Below, in pieces: positions 54,330-63,445 of a stretch of 64,000 bases of DNA. The notes below the pieces were generated by a model, which did no database searches, was not told the DNA's origin, and was given only the letters and a program-made list of their open reading frames with translations. The translations under genes and the position numbers were made by a program. Source of the DNA: an uncultured Acidobacteriota bacterium. GTDB lineage: Bacteria; Acidobacteriota; Vicinamibacteria; Marinacidobacterales; SMYC01. Numbering within the stretch: position 1 is the first letter of the stretch; each line of letters opens with the position of its first letter. The stretch is from NCBI GenBank assembly GCA_947259165.1, contig CAMYKY010000003.1, forward strand, positions 27,262-91,261. The letters are read 5' to 3'.

Positions 54330-54416
54330 GAGCCGGCTTCGCCCGATCCCTGATCGCTAGCATTGCTGCTAAGATTGCCGCCGTGGTTTCGGACGAACGG
54401 CCGGCTAGTCGCGTTG
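54330..54416 (+). repeat. Right copy of the imperfect direct repeat (partner at 43141..43215)
   Basis: GAGCCGGCTTCGCCCGATCCCTGAT, then a 19-nt insert containing a degenerate extra ATTGCTGCT, then ATTGCCGCCGTGG and a weaker tail. It overlaps the putative GTG start of the Lon-N gene. Confidence 0.45.
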
Positions 54417-55078
54417 CGACCTTTCTTCTGTTCTTGCTCCTATTCGCGCCTATCGCCTCGCGCGCCCAGGACACGCTCCCCGACACGATCCCGCTGTTCC
54501 CGCTTCAAGACGTCATGCTGTTTCCCGGCGTTCCCAGACCGCTCCACATTTTCGAGCCGCGATATCGGGAGATGCTGCTCTATGCGCTCGCGGGCGACCG
54601 CGTCATCGGGATGGTCATGCTCGAGCCCGGGCACGAACGCGAGTACTACGGGGAGCCGCCAATCTACGAGGTCGGTTGTGCCGGCGTGATTGTGAACGTC
54701 GAAGAGCTTCCGGATGGTCGCTACAACGTCGTGTTACAAGGGCTGACGAAATTTCGCGTCAAGAGCGAAGACAAGAGCTACGCCTATCGGATCGCCGAGG
54801 TGGAAGCGATCTCGGAAACGCTAACCGACGAACAGCAAGGCAAGCTACGCGTGCTTCGACCACGACTGTTGGAGCTACTCTCCACGGTCACACCGGATGG
54901 ACAGGAACCAACACCGGACGAGATCCCCGACGACGAGGTGGTCAACGGGCTCGCGCAATACCTTCCGATGGAGCCGCGCGAACGCTTGGACCTGCTGGAG
55001 CTCAGCTCTCCGCTCGAGCGTGCCGAGGCGCTGATCAACTTGCTCGAGCGCCAAGGGTCCGTCGGAAACGCTGTTTGA
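54383..55078 (+). CDS. LON substrate-binding (Lon N-terminal) domain protein
   Basis: IPLFPLQDVMLFPGVPRPLHIFEPRYREML is the canonical Lon-N start. The start codon is uncertain. GTG 54383 would add a hydrophobic, signal-like extension. Confidence 0.78.
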   Translation: MVSDERPASRVATFLLFLLLFAPIASRAQDTLPDTIPLFPLQDVMLFPGVPRPLHIFEPRYREMLLYALAGDRVIGMVMLEPGHEREYYGEPPIYEVGCAGVIVNVEELPDGRYNVVLQGLTKFRVKSEDKSYAYRIAEVEAISETLTDEQQGKLRVLRPRLLELLSTVTPDGQEPTPDEIPDDEVVNGLAQYLPMEPRERLDLLELSSPLERAEALINLLERQGSVGNAV

Positions 55079-55131
55079 CTCCGAGACCGAACGAGACGCA
55101 TCATGTGCCGCAAGAACGGGAGGGGCCACTA

Positions 55132-55709
55132 ATGGAAATCAATCGACGAGCTTTCATTGCGAGCCTCGGCGGAACCGGCGCCGTCGCGCTCATGTCGCCG
55201 GACGAGAAAGCTGATGCGCTCGAGCACTACATGGAGGCCCGGCTGGTGGAATCCGGGGTCGTCGAGGGACTCCTGAGCGAAACGCAGGACCGGCCCATCC
55301 CTACCGTCGCCGACCTCGCCGCCCGCAACGCCGATCTAACTCGAGACTACCGCAACGGCGTCGGCGCGCTCTTCGTGAATCGGAACGACGGCGATCGCAA
55401 AGTCGACGGCAAGCTGCGCAAGCTCCAGACGATGCCGGACCAACCGACCCTTCTCGACTTTTTCAGATACCGCTTTTCGTGGACCAACCACTGCCTGCAG
55501 AGCGCGACCCGTGCGCTAAAGACCGGCATGCCTGAAGAAATCGTCCTGGCATCGCTGCTGCGCGACGACCTACCGCCAAGGTGTCGATCGAGCCGTTCCT
55601 CGATATCGTGGGACGTCACTTCAAACAGCCCAAGGAAGGGCTCGGGTGGGACAACAGCTCCTCGGCGCACATGTGGCGCACGATGGTCAATCCTGACCGT
55701 CGGTTGTAG
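55132..55709 (+). pseudogene. TAT-signal HD-domain-like protein, disrupted
   Basis: MEINRRAFIASLGGTGAVALM, then HCLQSATRALKTGMPEEIVLASLL, where LLHD(I/L)G is expected. The frame then turns into R/S-rich nonsense. A protein-like continuation (KVSIEPFLDIVGRHFKQPKEGLGWDN...) exists in the +1 frame, ending at TAG 55707-55709. Confidence 0.4.
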
Positions 55710-55741
55710 GCGCGCTCGCTCCGCCGTGTGCAAAGGGTTCT

Positions 55742-57244
55742 ATGACGATCGATCGTGACGCCCACCTGCGCATCGCCATGCCCTTCGACGCGCAGTGTTT
55801 CAACGAAGCTTGGAAATATTTCACCGGCCACGGCGGCTACTACGTCGCTAACAATATTTATAGCCGGCTAGTCGTCCTCGATGTTTTCGATACTGGCGAC
55901 ATCCACCCGGACTTGGCCGAACGGTGGGAGATTCTCGACGGGGGCCAACGGTATCGCTTTCACTTGAATCCCGCGGCCACGTGGCACGACGGCGTGCCGG
56001 TCACTGCTCACGACGTGGCCTACACGTACCGGGAAGTCATCGAGCACGGTTATCAAGCCATCGCTTTCCTCCGGGAGCTCGAGGACGTGCGCGCGCTCGA
56101 CGATCACACGGTCGAATGCGTGCTCGACGGGCCCAATGCCGCGTTTCTCGCTCAGCTCGGCTCGTTCGTGTTGACCCACATCGTGCCAAAACATCTCTAC
56201 GAAGGTACGGACTGGAGTACGAATCCTCACAACTGGAACCCTGTCGGCAGCGGCCCCTTCAAGTTTGGTGAGCACATCAAAGGCGAGCGGATCGAGCTCG
56301 TTGCCAACGAGAACTACTGGCGGGAAGGCCCCTACATCGACCGACTGACGTATCACGTCATTCCCGACAAGGCCGAAGCCCATGCCGCGCTTTTTCGCGG
56401 CGACATCCATCACGCCAAACACGATGTGACCGCTTCGGAGATAGAAGCATGGCAGGGACGGGAGGGCGTCGCTCTACGCGTCGACGCCGGCCATTCGATG
56501 GGAGTGCTCGCGTTCAACTGGCGTCAAGAGAGGTTTCAGGACCGGCGCGTGCGCGAAGCCCTCGCGCGGGTCATCGATCGTCGTGAGGTTCGAGACGCTC
56601 TCTATCACGGCCTCGAGACACCGAGGGCGTACTACCTGGATCATGTCGATTGGGCGTACAACCCCGAAGCGCTCGCTCCCGAGATGGATCGCGACGCTGC
56701 GGGGCGCTTGCTCGATGAAGCGGGCTTCGCGCGAGACGGAGATGGGATCCGCATGCGGCTTCGCTTGGCCACGCGTCAGCTCTATCCCCACTACGGGATC
56801 GCAGGCCGAGTCTTCGCAAAGCAATTCGCTGAGGTCGGCATCGAGCTGAGTGTCGAAGACCTCGACCCGCTCGGATGGCAACGGCAAGTCGCCGAGTCGC
56901 ACGATTTCGACCTTGCCATCGATGCTGGTGACATCGGTCCCGACCCCCATCAGCTCGCGAGCACGACCGCGTCCGACGGGGCACGCAACATCATGGGCTA
57001 CTCCAACCCCGTCGTCGACGAGTGCTTCCGCCTAGGCCGCTCCGTCATCGACCGAGCCGAGCGAGGACCCCACTACAAAAAACTCCAAGCCGAGCTCGCC
57101 AACGACATCGCCCGCATTCCGTTTCTCCGCTACGGCGAGTACCTGCCGTACCGCACCGAGTTCGAAGGCTTCTCGTGGAGCGACGGAGTTCGCGGGACCA
57201 TCCCCGTCTGGTCGATGGGAAAAGTCCGCAAGGCTTCGCATTAG
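55742..57244 (+). CDS. ABC transporter substrate-binding protein, family 5 (peptide/nickel type), no signal peptide
   Basis: 500 aa with the SBP_bac_5 pattern (LAERWEILDGGQRYRFHLNPAATWHDGVPVTAHDV). It starts directly at the mature domain, so it may be 5'-truncated. Confidence 0.75.
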   Translation: MTIDRDAHLRIAMPFDAQCFNEAWKYFTGHGGYYVANNIYSRLVVLDVFDTGDIHPDLAERWEILDGGQRYRFHLNPAATWHDGVPVTAHDVAYTYREVIEHGYQAIAFLRELEDVRALDDHTVECVLDGPNAAFLAQLGSFVLTHIVPKHLYEGTDWSTNPHNWNPVGSGPFKFGEHIKGERIELVANENYWREGPYIDRLTYHVIPDKAEAHAALFRGDIHHAKHDVTASEIEAWQGREGVALRVDAGHSMGVLAFNWRQERFQDRRVREALARVIDRREVRDALYHGLETPRAYYLDHVDWAYNPEALAPEMDRDAAGRLLDEAGFARDGDGIRMRLRLATRQLYPHYGIAGRVFAKQFAEVGIELSVEDLDPLGWQRQVAESHDFDLAIDAGDIGPDPHQLASTTASDGARNIMGYSNPVVDECFRLGRSVIDRAERGPHYKKLQAELANDIARIPFLRYGEYLPYRTEFEGFSWSDGVRGTIPVWSMGKVRKASH

Positions 57245-57311
57245 CGGCTCGCGCCTATAGAATTCGACCTGCTAGCGCCGGCGTGCGCATTCCGAGGAAG
57301 GACACTCTGGC

Positions 57312-58445
57312 ATGAAGAGTTGGTCTGTGCTCGCAATACTCGCAGTCATTACGGCATTTGGAGGTGCGGGGCTCGAAGCTCATCCGGGGCACCGCGGCCA
57401 CTCCCGAGGCTACTCAAAGACCGGCGTACTCGCCCCGCTGAGTACTGCGCAAGCTGCTCACGGCGACGAGGTCAGCGGCCGAGGCGCGATGCAGTTTCGC
57501 GTGCTCTATACGAGCGAGCGGCTTCCCGCGAAAGCGCGTGAGGTATTGGTCAACGCGCACGGCGGCTTCGCCGTGGACAGGCGTCCAGGACACGGTGAAG
57601 TCTACTTCGCCCTTCCGGGAGCGGGACTGATCCGCATCAGCTCAGACCTGCAATCGATCGAGCTCCTCGACACGAATCCAGGAATGCGCGACGAGAACAT
57701 GCACAACACCACCCTTTGGGAAGCTGCCGACGGTACGCCCTACCTGAGCTTGCCCGCCAACGATGCCGGCCGCATCTACACGACGACGCTCGCGGGTGAG
57801 CTGGTTGCGACACTCGATGCGCCGAGGGGCGCCATCGATTTGGGGCATCCGAGCGTGAACGACTACTTCCGCGGCGGCGGTAACTTTACCCCGACCGATG
57901 TCGACCAACTCGAAGGCTTGCTCTATGTGACAACGGGTTACTCGGACCTGGATTGGGTTCTCTCCGCGCGTGTTCGCGGTTCGACACGTGTGGAGATCGC
58001 CTGGAACGACCTCGCTTTCGGCGGTCGCGGCACCGAGCCGGGTCAGTTCGGCACCGGCCACGGCGTCACCGTCGTCGACGGCCCGAACGTGCGGATCGAT
58101 ATCTCCGACCGCCCGAATGCCGAGATCGATCGTTTTGCGGCGGACGGCCGCTACATGTCGACGGTGACTCTGCCGGCAGGGTCGTTCCCATGCGACATCG
58201 ATCACCTGGATGGCTACTCGGTGATCGGCGCGCTGTACGGACCCGATCACGACAAGGGCGCTCCGGTCTACGTGCTCGAAGGCAACCACGTCATCTCCGA
58301 GATTTGGCCTCAAGAGGAGCTCGGCCTGGAGAACTTCCAGCACATCCACAACGCGGTGTTTCACCGGGTCGACGGTCGCTTCTACATCATCGTCCAAGCG
58401 TGGAACCCTGGCGACTTCGCGGTCCTGGAGCAGGTGACGGATTAG
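57312..58445 (+). CDS. Secreted hypothetical protein (beta-propeller-like)
   Basis: Signal peptide (LAILAVITAFGGAGLEA). 377 aa, beta-rich. No confident family. Confidence 0.5.
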   Translation: MKSWSVLAILAVITAFGGAGLEAHPGHRGHSRGYSKTGVLAPLSTAQAAHGDEVSGRGAMQFRVLYTSERLPAKAREVLVNAHGGFAVDRRPGHGEVYFALPGAGLIRISSDLQSIELLDTNPGMRDENMHNTTLWEAADGTPYLSLPANDAGRIYTTTLAGELVATLDAPRGAIDLGHPSVNDYFRGGGNFTPTDVDQLEGLLYVTTGYSDLDWVLSARVRGSTRVEIAWNDLAFGGRGTEPGQFGTGHGVTVVDGPNVRIDISDRPNAEIDRFAADGRYMSTVTLPAGSFPCDIDHLDGYSVIGALYGPDHDKGAPVYVLEGNHVISEIWPQEELGLENFQHIHNAVFHRVDGRFYIIVQAWNPGDFAVLEQVTD

Positions 58446-58740
58446 TCGGTACTACTTCCTGCGCGAGCTCGGATTCGACATTAAGGATGACGTTGAGCTC
58501 GGTCGGAGCCGTGCCGTCCAGGCGCACCATGAGAAAACGCTCGCCATCGGGAGAGACGTCATAGCTCGGATGTCCCGTGGTGTCGGCCTGATAGGGTCCG
58601 TCGAAGACGAGCTCTGGTTTTCCGAAGCGGGAGCCTGCGGTCCCATCGACGGCTACCGACATCAGCGCTGTAGATTGCCGATAGAACAGTTCCTCTTCGT
58701 AGGGCCGAGACGCACTCCGGCAGCGAGCGACATCACCAAT
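58387..58740 (-). pseudogene. C-terminal stump of a TolB/PD40 beta-propeller (kinase-associated type)
   Basis: Frame opens right after the DUF1501 stop. It reads ...EELFYRQSTALMSVAVDG..FGKPELVFDGPY..YDVSPDGERFLMV...LNVILNVESELAQEVVPTN, which is the last PD40 blade plus the usual NW-x-x-EL tail. There is no upstream body. Confidence 0.55.
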
Positions 58741-59277
58741 CTACGTCAGAATCTCATTCACGACGTGGGCGGGCTCCACCCCGGTTAGCTTCGCATCCAA
58801 GCCTTGGAGGTTGTAGGTGAAGCGTTCGTGATCGATGCCGAACAGGTGCAGCAGCGTGGCTTGGAAGTCTCGGATGTGGACCGGGTCTTTAATAATGTTG
58901 TAGGAGAACTCGTCGGTCTCTCCATGGACGAGGCCACCCTTGACGCCGCCGCCGGCCATCCACAGGCTGTAGCAGCGCGGGTGGTGGTCACGGCCGTAGT
59001 CGGTCGGGGTGAGCTTTCCTTGGGAGTAGATCGTCCGGCCGAACTCGCCGCCCCAAATGACGAGGGTGTCTTCGAAAAGGCCCCGGTCTGTGAGATCCTG
59101 GATGAGGGCCCAGGCGGCGCGGTCGACGGACGCTGCTTGCGCGGGAAGCACTTCGGGCGCCCACTGGTGGACGTCCCAGCCGCGGTGGTAAATCTGGACG
59201 TCTTTGTTGTACCAGTCTTCATCGCAGCCGGCTTTACTTCCTGTTCGTTCAACCCACTGATATACAGGCCGTTCCAC
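58741..59277 (-). pseudogene. DUF1501 (sulfatase-fold) protein, 3' half only
   Basis: Contains the family C-terminal blocks ([64 protein letters not shown]). The about 270-aa N-terminal half, including the TAT signal, is absent. Only 220 nt remain before the next gene. Confidence 0.68.
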
Positions 59278-59496
59278 CCTGTGTCAATATTTCGGCGGGG
59301 AAACGGTGGCAAACGCACCGCGGTTGTAGGCCAGCGTGTTAAAGTTTGTTGCGTCTTCATGCCCGAGCGAAGGATCGTTTTGTTCCTGGAAGTGCGGTGA
59401 CGCGAAGATCGTAGCCAGGTGAAAATCTTCGAAGAGCACAGGTCGCGGCGGCAGGACAACCCGCGGCGCTGACCGCGCGAATGAAAACGCCCCTCT

Positions 59497-61404
59497 ATGA
59501 CGCTTCTTGCCTTCAACGATCTGTCTTTCGAGATCGGCGATCTGCCGATACTCCGTCGCGCGGAGCTAGCGCTCGACGTTGGCGAGCGTATCGCGCTCAT
59601 CGGCCGCAACGGCGCAGGCAAAACGACGCTGCTTCGGCTTCTCGCATCGGAGCTGAAACCCGACTCCGGAGACATCCGCCACAAGCGGGGATTGCGGGTG
59701 AGTCGCCTCGACCAGACGCTGCCTGAAGCGCTCGAGGTGACCGTCTCGGACTACGTTGCCGAGGGTCTCGCGCAGGTCCAATCCTTCGTCGATCAGTACC
59801 AGGAACACGCCGCGACCGCGACCGACGATGCCTCGATGAAAGTGCTGGAGCAGCTCCACCACCGCATCGACGTCGAAGATGGATGGGACCTGCCACAACG
59901 GGTCGACACGCTGCTTGCGGAAATGGGTCTTCCCGCTGAACGACGCATGCGCGAGCTCTCAGGAGGTTGGCGCCGCCGGGCCGCGCTCGCGCGCGCGCTC
60001 GTCTCACGCCCAGAGCTTTTGATGCTCGATGAGCCAACGAACCATCTCGACGTCTCTACGATCGAATGGATGGAAGAGCGTCTTCGCGGCTTCACCGGAG
60101 CACTGTTGTTCGTCACGCACGACCGCGCGTTTCTAGAGCGGTTGGCTACGCGTATCGTCGAGCTGGACCGGGCCGTGCTCACGAGCTGGCCTGGCGACTA
60201 CGGAAACTTTCTGAGGCGGAAGGAAGAGGCGCTCGCGGTAGAGGCGCGCGCCAACGCCCAGTTCGACAAACGGCTGGAAGAGGAAGAGACATGGATCCGA
60301 CAAGGCATCAAGGCGCGCCGGACCCGAAACGAGGGGCGGGTGCGTGCGCTCGAAGCGATGCGCGAAGCCTACGCCGCCCGCGTCGGTCCTCAGGGCAAAG
60401 CCCGCGTCACCATCGAACGGGCGGAATCCTCGGGCCGTCGCGTCATCGAGCTCAAAGGCGTCGGTCACGGTTTTGGTCCCGACTCGAAGCCCGACGCTGA
60501 GAACGAGTCACTGTTCGAAGACGTTTCCATCATGATCCTGCGCGGCGACCGCCTAGGTCTCGTTGGCAACAACGGCGTGGGCAAGACAACGATGTTGCGG
60601 ATCTTGCTCGGTGAGCTCGAACCGCGCACCGGAACGGTGAAGCGCGGTGTGAACCTCGAGGTCGCGTATTTCGATCAGCTACGTCGCGATTTCGATCCAA
60701 CGAAGAGCGTCGCCGACGTCGTCGCCGACGGCAGAGAGTTCGTCACCATCGACGGGAAGGACCGTCACATCATCGGCTATCTCAAGGGGTTTCTCTTCAG
60801 CCCCGAGCGAGCCGTCACCAAGCTCGCGGCGCTGTCGGGCGGCGAGCGCAACCGAGTCATTCTCGCGCGTCTTTTCGCCAAGCCCTCGAACCTCCTCGTT
60901 CTCGATGAGCCTACCAACGACCTCGACCTCGAGACGCTCGAGGTTCTCGAGGAACAGCTCATCGATTACACCGGCACGTTAATCGTCGTGAGTCATGACC
61001 GCGCGTTTCTCGACAACGTCGTCACCAGCACGTTGGTCTTCGAAGAGGGAGGCAAGGTCGAGCGATACGTCGGCGGTTACACCGATTGGCTGCGCCAGGG
61101 GAAGAAGCTAGCCATGAAGGAAGGCGCCCTTCGCACACGCGCCTCTCGAACATCGCCCAAAGCAGCGGAAAAGCCACGGGCCACCAAGAAGAAGCGAAGC
61201 TACAAGCAACAACTCGAGCTCGACGCACTCCCGGCACGCATCAAACAGCTCGAAGAAAAGATCGCGAAGCTCGAAGCCCGAGCCGCGGCGCCGGATTTCT
61301 ATGCCCAGCCCTTCGACCGAGTCGAGCCCGTCCTGAACGAGATCGCTGCGACCAAGCAGTCACTCGAGAAAACGATGGAGCGATGGCTCGAGCTCGAAGG
61401 GTAG
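59497..61404 (+). CDS. uup: ABC-F family ATPase (Uup-like)
   Basis: Two ABC cassettes (GRNGAGKTTLL, GNNGVGKTTML; LSGGWRRR, LSGGERNR) and a C-terminal Lys-rich coiled coil typical of Uup. Confidence 0.9.
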   Translation: MTLLAFNDLSFEIGDLPILRRAELALDVGERIALIGRNGAGKTTLLRLLASELKPDSGDIRHKRGLRVSRLDQTLPEALEVTVSDYVAEGLAQVQSFVDQYQEHAATATDDASMKVLEQLHHRIDVEDGWDLPQRVDTLLAEMGLPAERRMRELSGGWRRRAALARALVSRPELLMLDEPTNHLDVSTIEWMEERLRGFTGALLFVTHDRAFLERLATRIVELDRAVLTSWPGDYGNFLRRKEEALAVEARANAQFDKRLEEEETWIRQGIKARRTRNEGRVRALEAMREAYAARVGPQGKARVTIERAESSGRRVIELKGVGHGFGPDSKPDAENESLFEDVSIMILRGDRLGLVGNNGVGKTTMLRILLGELEPRTGTVKRGVNLEVAYFDQLRRDFDPTKSVADVVADGREFVTIDGKDRHIIGYLKGFLFSPERAVTKLAALSGGERNRVILARLFAKPSNLLVLDEPTNDLDLETLEVLEEQLIDYTGTLIVVSHDRAFLDNVVTSTLVFEEGGKVERYVGGYTDWLRQGKKLAMKEGALRTRASRTSPKAAEKPRATKKKRSYKQQLELDALPARIKQLEEKIAKLEARAAAPDFYAQPFDRVEPVLNEIAATKQSLEKTMERWLELEG

Positions 61405-61736
61405 CTCTTCCTGAATTCGCTCGAGGCGAGCTCGGGCACCTGGAGCACCCCGTCGCGCCTCTACACAATCATTGGGATTGGAGGCTACCTCGAGCGCGCT
61501 CTCGCGCGACATTAACGTCGCTAGTGTCAACGTGACCACACTGCCGTCCCAGGCCAAGTAGTCAATCCGTCTCGAAAGGAGGCGAGCCGCGCCAAAAACG
61601 ACGTCGAGCGATCGTTCCGTCGGGTGGAGCGGCGACGAGAAGCGTTTCGATGAAGCGCGCATAGTTGAACAATTGTGCGACTTTTTCCACCGACGCATCA
61701 AGGACGAACTTCGACAGCCAGAGCTATACTCTGCGT

Positions 61737-62351
61737 GTGAGCTTTGCGAAACGGCTCGTCGTCGCGACGAGTGATCAGGATTGGACGCCAGACCCGGCAA
61801 CGAATACCGAACGCAGACCCCTCGATGAGCTCACGTGGCTCGTGCGTCTTGCTCCGGAAGGGGAATTCTCGTTGGACGATTCCGGCGGCGACGAATGCTT
61901 CGTTCTCGACGGTAGCCTCTCGCTCCAGGGTGACGAGTTCGAAACCGGAACCTACCTTCGCTTCCCGCTGGAGATCGCCGGTCCGCTTCGCAGCGAGAAC
62001 GGATGCACTTTCTTTCTCAAGCGTCAGCCGTTCGCGCCGGGCGATCTCGAACGCGTCGTAAAACGCACTCGCCAGGCACGCTGGTTCCCCGGACAGGGCC
62101 GCCTCGAGGTCATGCCGCTTCACGAGCATGAAGGCCGAAGCACAGCGCTGGTGAAGTGGCCGGCTGGAGAAACATTCGTCCCGCACCAGCACTGGGGCGG
62201 TGAGGAGATCCTGGTGCTATCGGGGACATTCATGGACGAACACGGTAGCTACCCCACAGGCTGTTGGGTGAGGAGCCCGCACCTGAGCAAGCACCATCCC
62301 TTCGTCGAAGAAGAGACGACCATACTCGTCAAAGTCGGCCACCTCGCGTAA
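61737..62351 (+). CDS. ChrR-like cupin domain protein
   Basis: C-terminal cupin PHQHWGGEEILVLSGTFMDEHGSYPTGCWVRSPHLSKHHP. GTG 61737 was chosen. The ORF is open from TTG 61665. Confidence 0.62.
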   Translation: MSFAKRLVVATSDQDWTPDPATNTERRPLDELTWLVRLAPEGEFSLDDSGGDECFVLDGSLSLQGDEFETGTYLRFPLEIAGPLRSENGCTFFLKRQPFAPGDLERVVKRTRQARWFPGQGRLEVMPLHEHEGRSTALVKWPAGETFVPHQHWGGEEILVLSGTFMDEHGSYPTGCWVRSPHLSKHHPFVEEETTILVKVGHLA

Positions 62352-62362
62352 GCACTGTGGCC

Positions 62363-62840
62363 TCAGCGCCGACCGAGCGCGTTGTTGATGGCCGCCTCCG
62401 CGAGGGGCGCCATCACTCGGTAGCCAGCTTCGTTGGGGTGGACACCATCGCTCGAGAGCTCCGACGGAAGAGCTTGTCGTTCATCTGCCATCGCAGTGTG
62501 GTAGTCCAGAAACACGGCGTCATTGCGCGACGCATAGTCCTTCATCCACGCGTTGAGTGCGACGACGTCCTGCCGAAAGCGCACCAGCATCTGCGGGGTC
62601 GTCTGCCCGCTGATCCCTCGTCCGACGTAGGGCTTGCCAGGAAACTCGTCGGGACTGGGCGGAGCAAGTCGCGCGTTATCGCCGCGATAGCGTTCTAGAG
62701 ATGCCCAATCATTCCGCAACCGATCGTCTCGTTTCTCCTGTTGAGCACGTTGCTTCTCAGAGGGCTGACCGGTGACGGGCGAAAAGGATGGAAATGAACG
62801 CTACGCCCGCCGCGCAAAGGACCTTAGTGCGATAGGCCAT
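62363..62840 (-). pseudogene. SGNH/GDSL hydrolase with frameshift and internal deletions
   Basis: ATG 62840 gives a signal-like MAYRTKVLCAAGVAFISILF, then a frameshift. The main frame has NDWASLERY, GRGISGQTT and DGVHPNEAGY. It lacks the GDS(I/L) nucleophile block and the GxND block (DVVAL joined directly to LNAWMKDYA). Confidence 0.58.
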
Positions 62841-62848
62841 CGTTTTGC

Positions 62849-63445
62849 TCACTGTTCTCCCGGCTCGACGTCGCTCGCCACGACGACGAGCGATTCCGGA
62901 TCCACCCACTTTTGATCGGCGGCCTCGTTCGAATCAACCGGGACCACCAGAGCCTCCACCATCGCACAAAGCGCATCCGTGCAGGCCTGCCCGTCGATTT
63001 GCACTGACGAAGGCAGCGTCGCTTGATCGATCCGTGCGGCGAAGTAGCTGCGGCCCTCGAAACCCCACGTGTACCATCGAATGTCTGGCGTCGACAGATC
63101 CACCGGTGGGCTTTGTCGCCAATCCCCCTGGATCGTGAGCCCTTCGAGCGGCGTGATCACTGTCGGCAGCTCGGTCTCGGGACGAGCTTTGCCGCTTTTA
63201 TCACGAGCCCGGATCACGTTGTCCATGGAGTATGTGTGCCAGCCAGGCTCGTGCACGACTTCGACCACGAGCCAGTCGCCCTCGACGCGCGCCCGGTAGG
63301 TAACGGCCTGCATGTCGTCGAGCCAAACTCGGACTCCGGAGTCGTCCTGCCGGCCTGGCGTCGCCGAAGACGACCCGCCTAACAAGCCCAGAAGCGAAAC
63401 CGCGAAACCGATCCCGGCCACCCATAAGGTTTTCTGCTCCATCAT
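62849..63445 (-). CDS. DsbD N-terminal-domain-like (ScsB/DsbD-alpha type) periplasmic protein
   Basis: Signal peptide. HEPGWHTY and DGQACTDALC motifs typical of the DsbD alpha domain. Confidence 0.58.
   Translation of the reverse strand: MMEQKTLWVAGIGFAVSLLGLLGGSSSATPGRQDDSGVRVWLDDMQAVTYRARVEGDWLVVEVVHEPGWHTYSMDNVIRARDKSGKARPETELPTVITPLEGLTIQGDWRQSPPVDLSTPDIRWYTWGFEGRSYFAARIDQATLPSSVQIDGQACTDALCAMVEALVVPVDSNEAADQKWVDPESLVVVASDVEPGEQ

Noticed and set aside
61405-61736. 330-nt gap after uup, with a minus-strand 42-52-codon frame (VEKVAQLFNYARFIETLLVAAPPDG...) and the 146-aa ORF 61360..61800
   Set aside because: The 146-aa ORF is Ser/Arg-rich and overlaps the uup 3' end. The shorter frame is protein-like but has no clear start and no family match. 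I left it unannotated.
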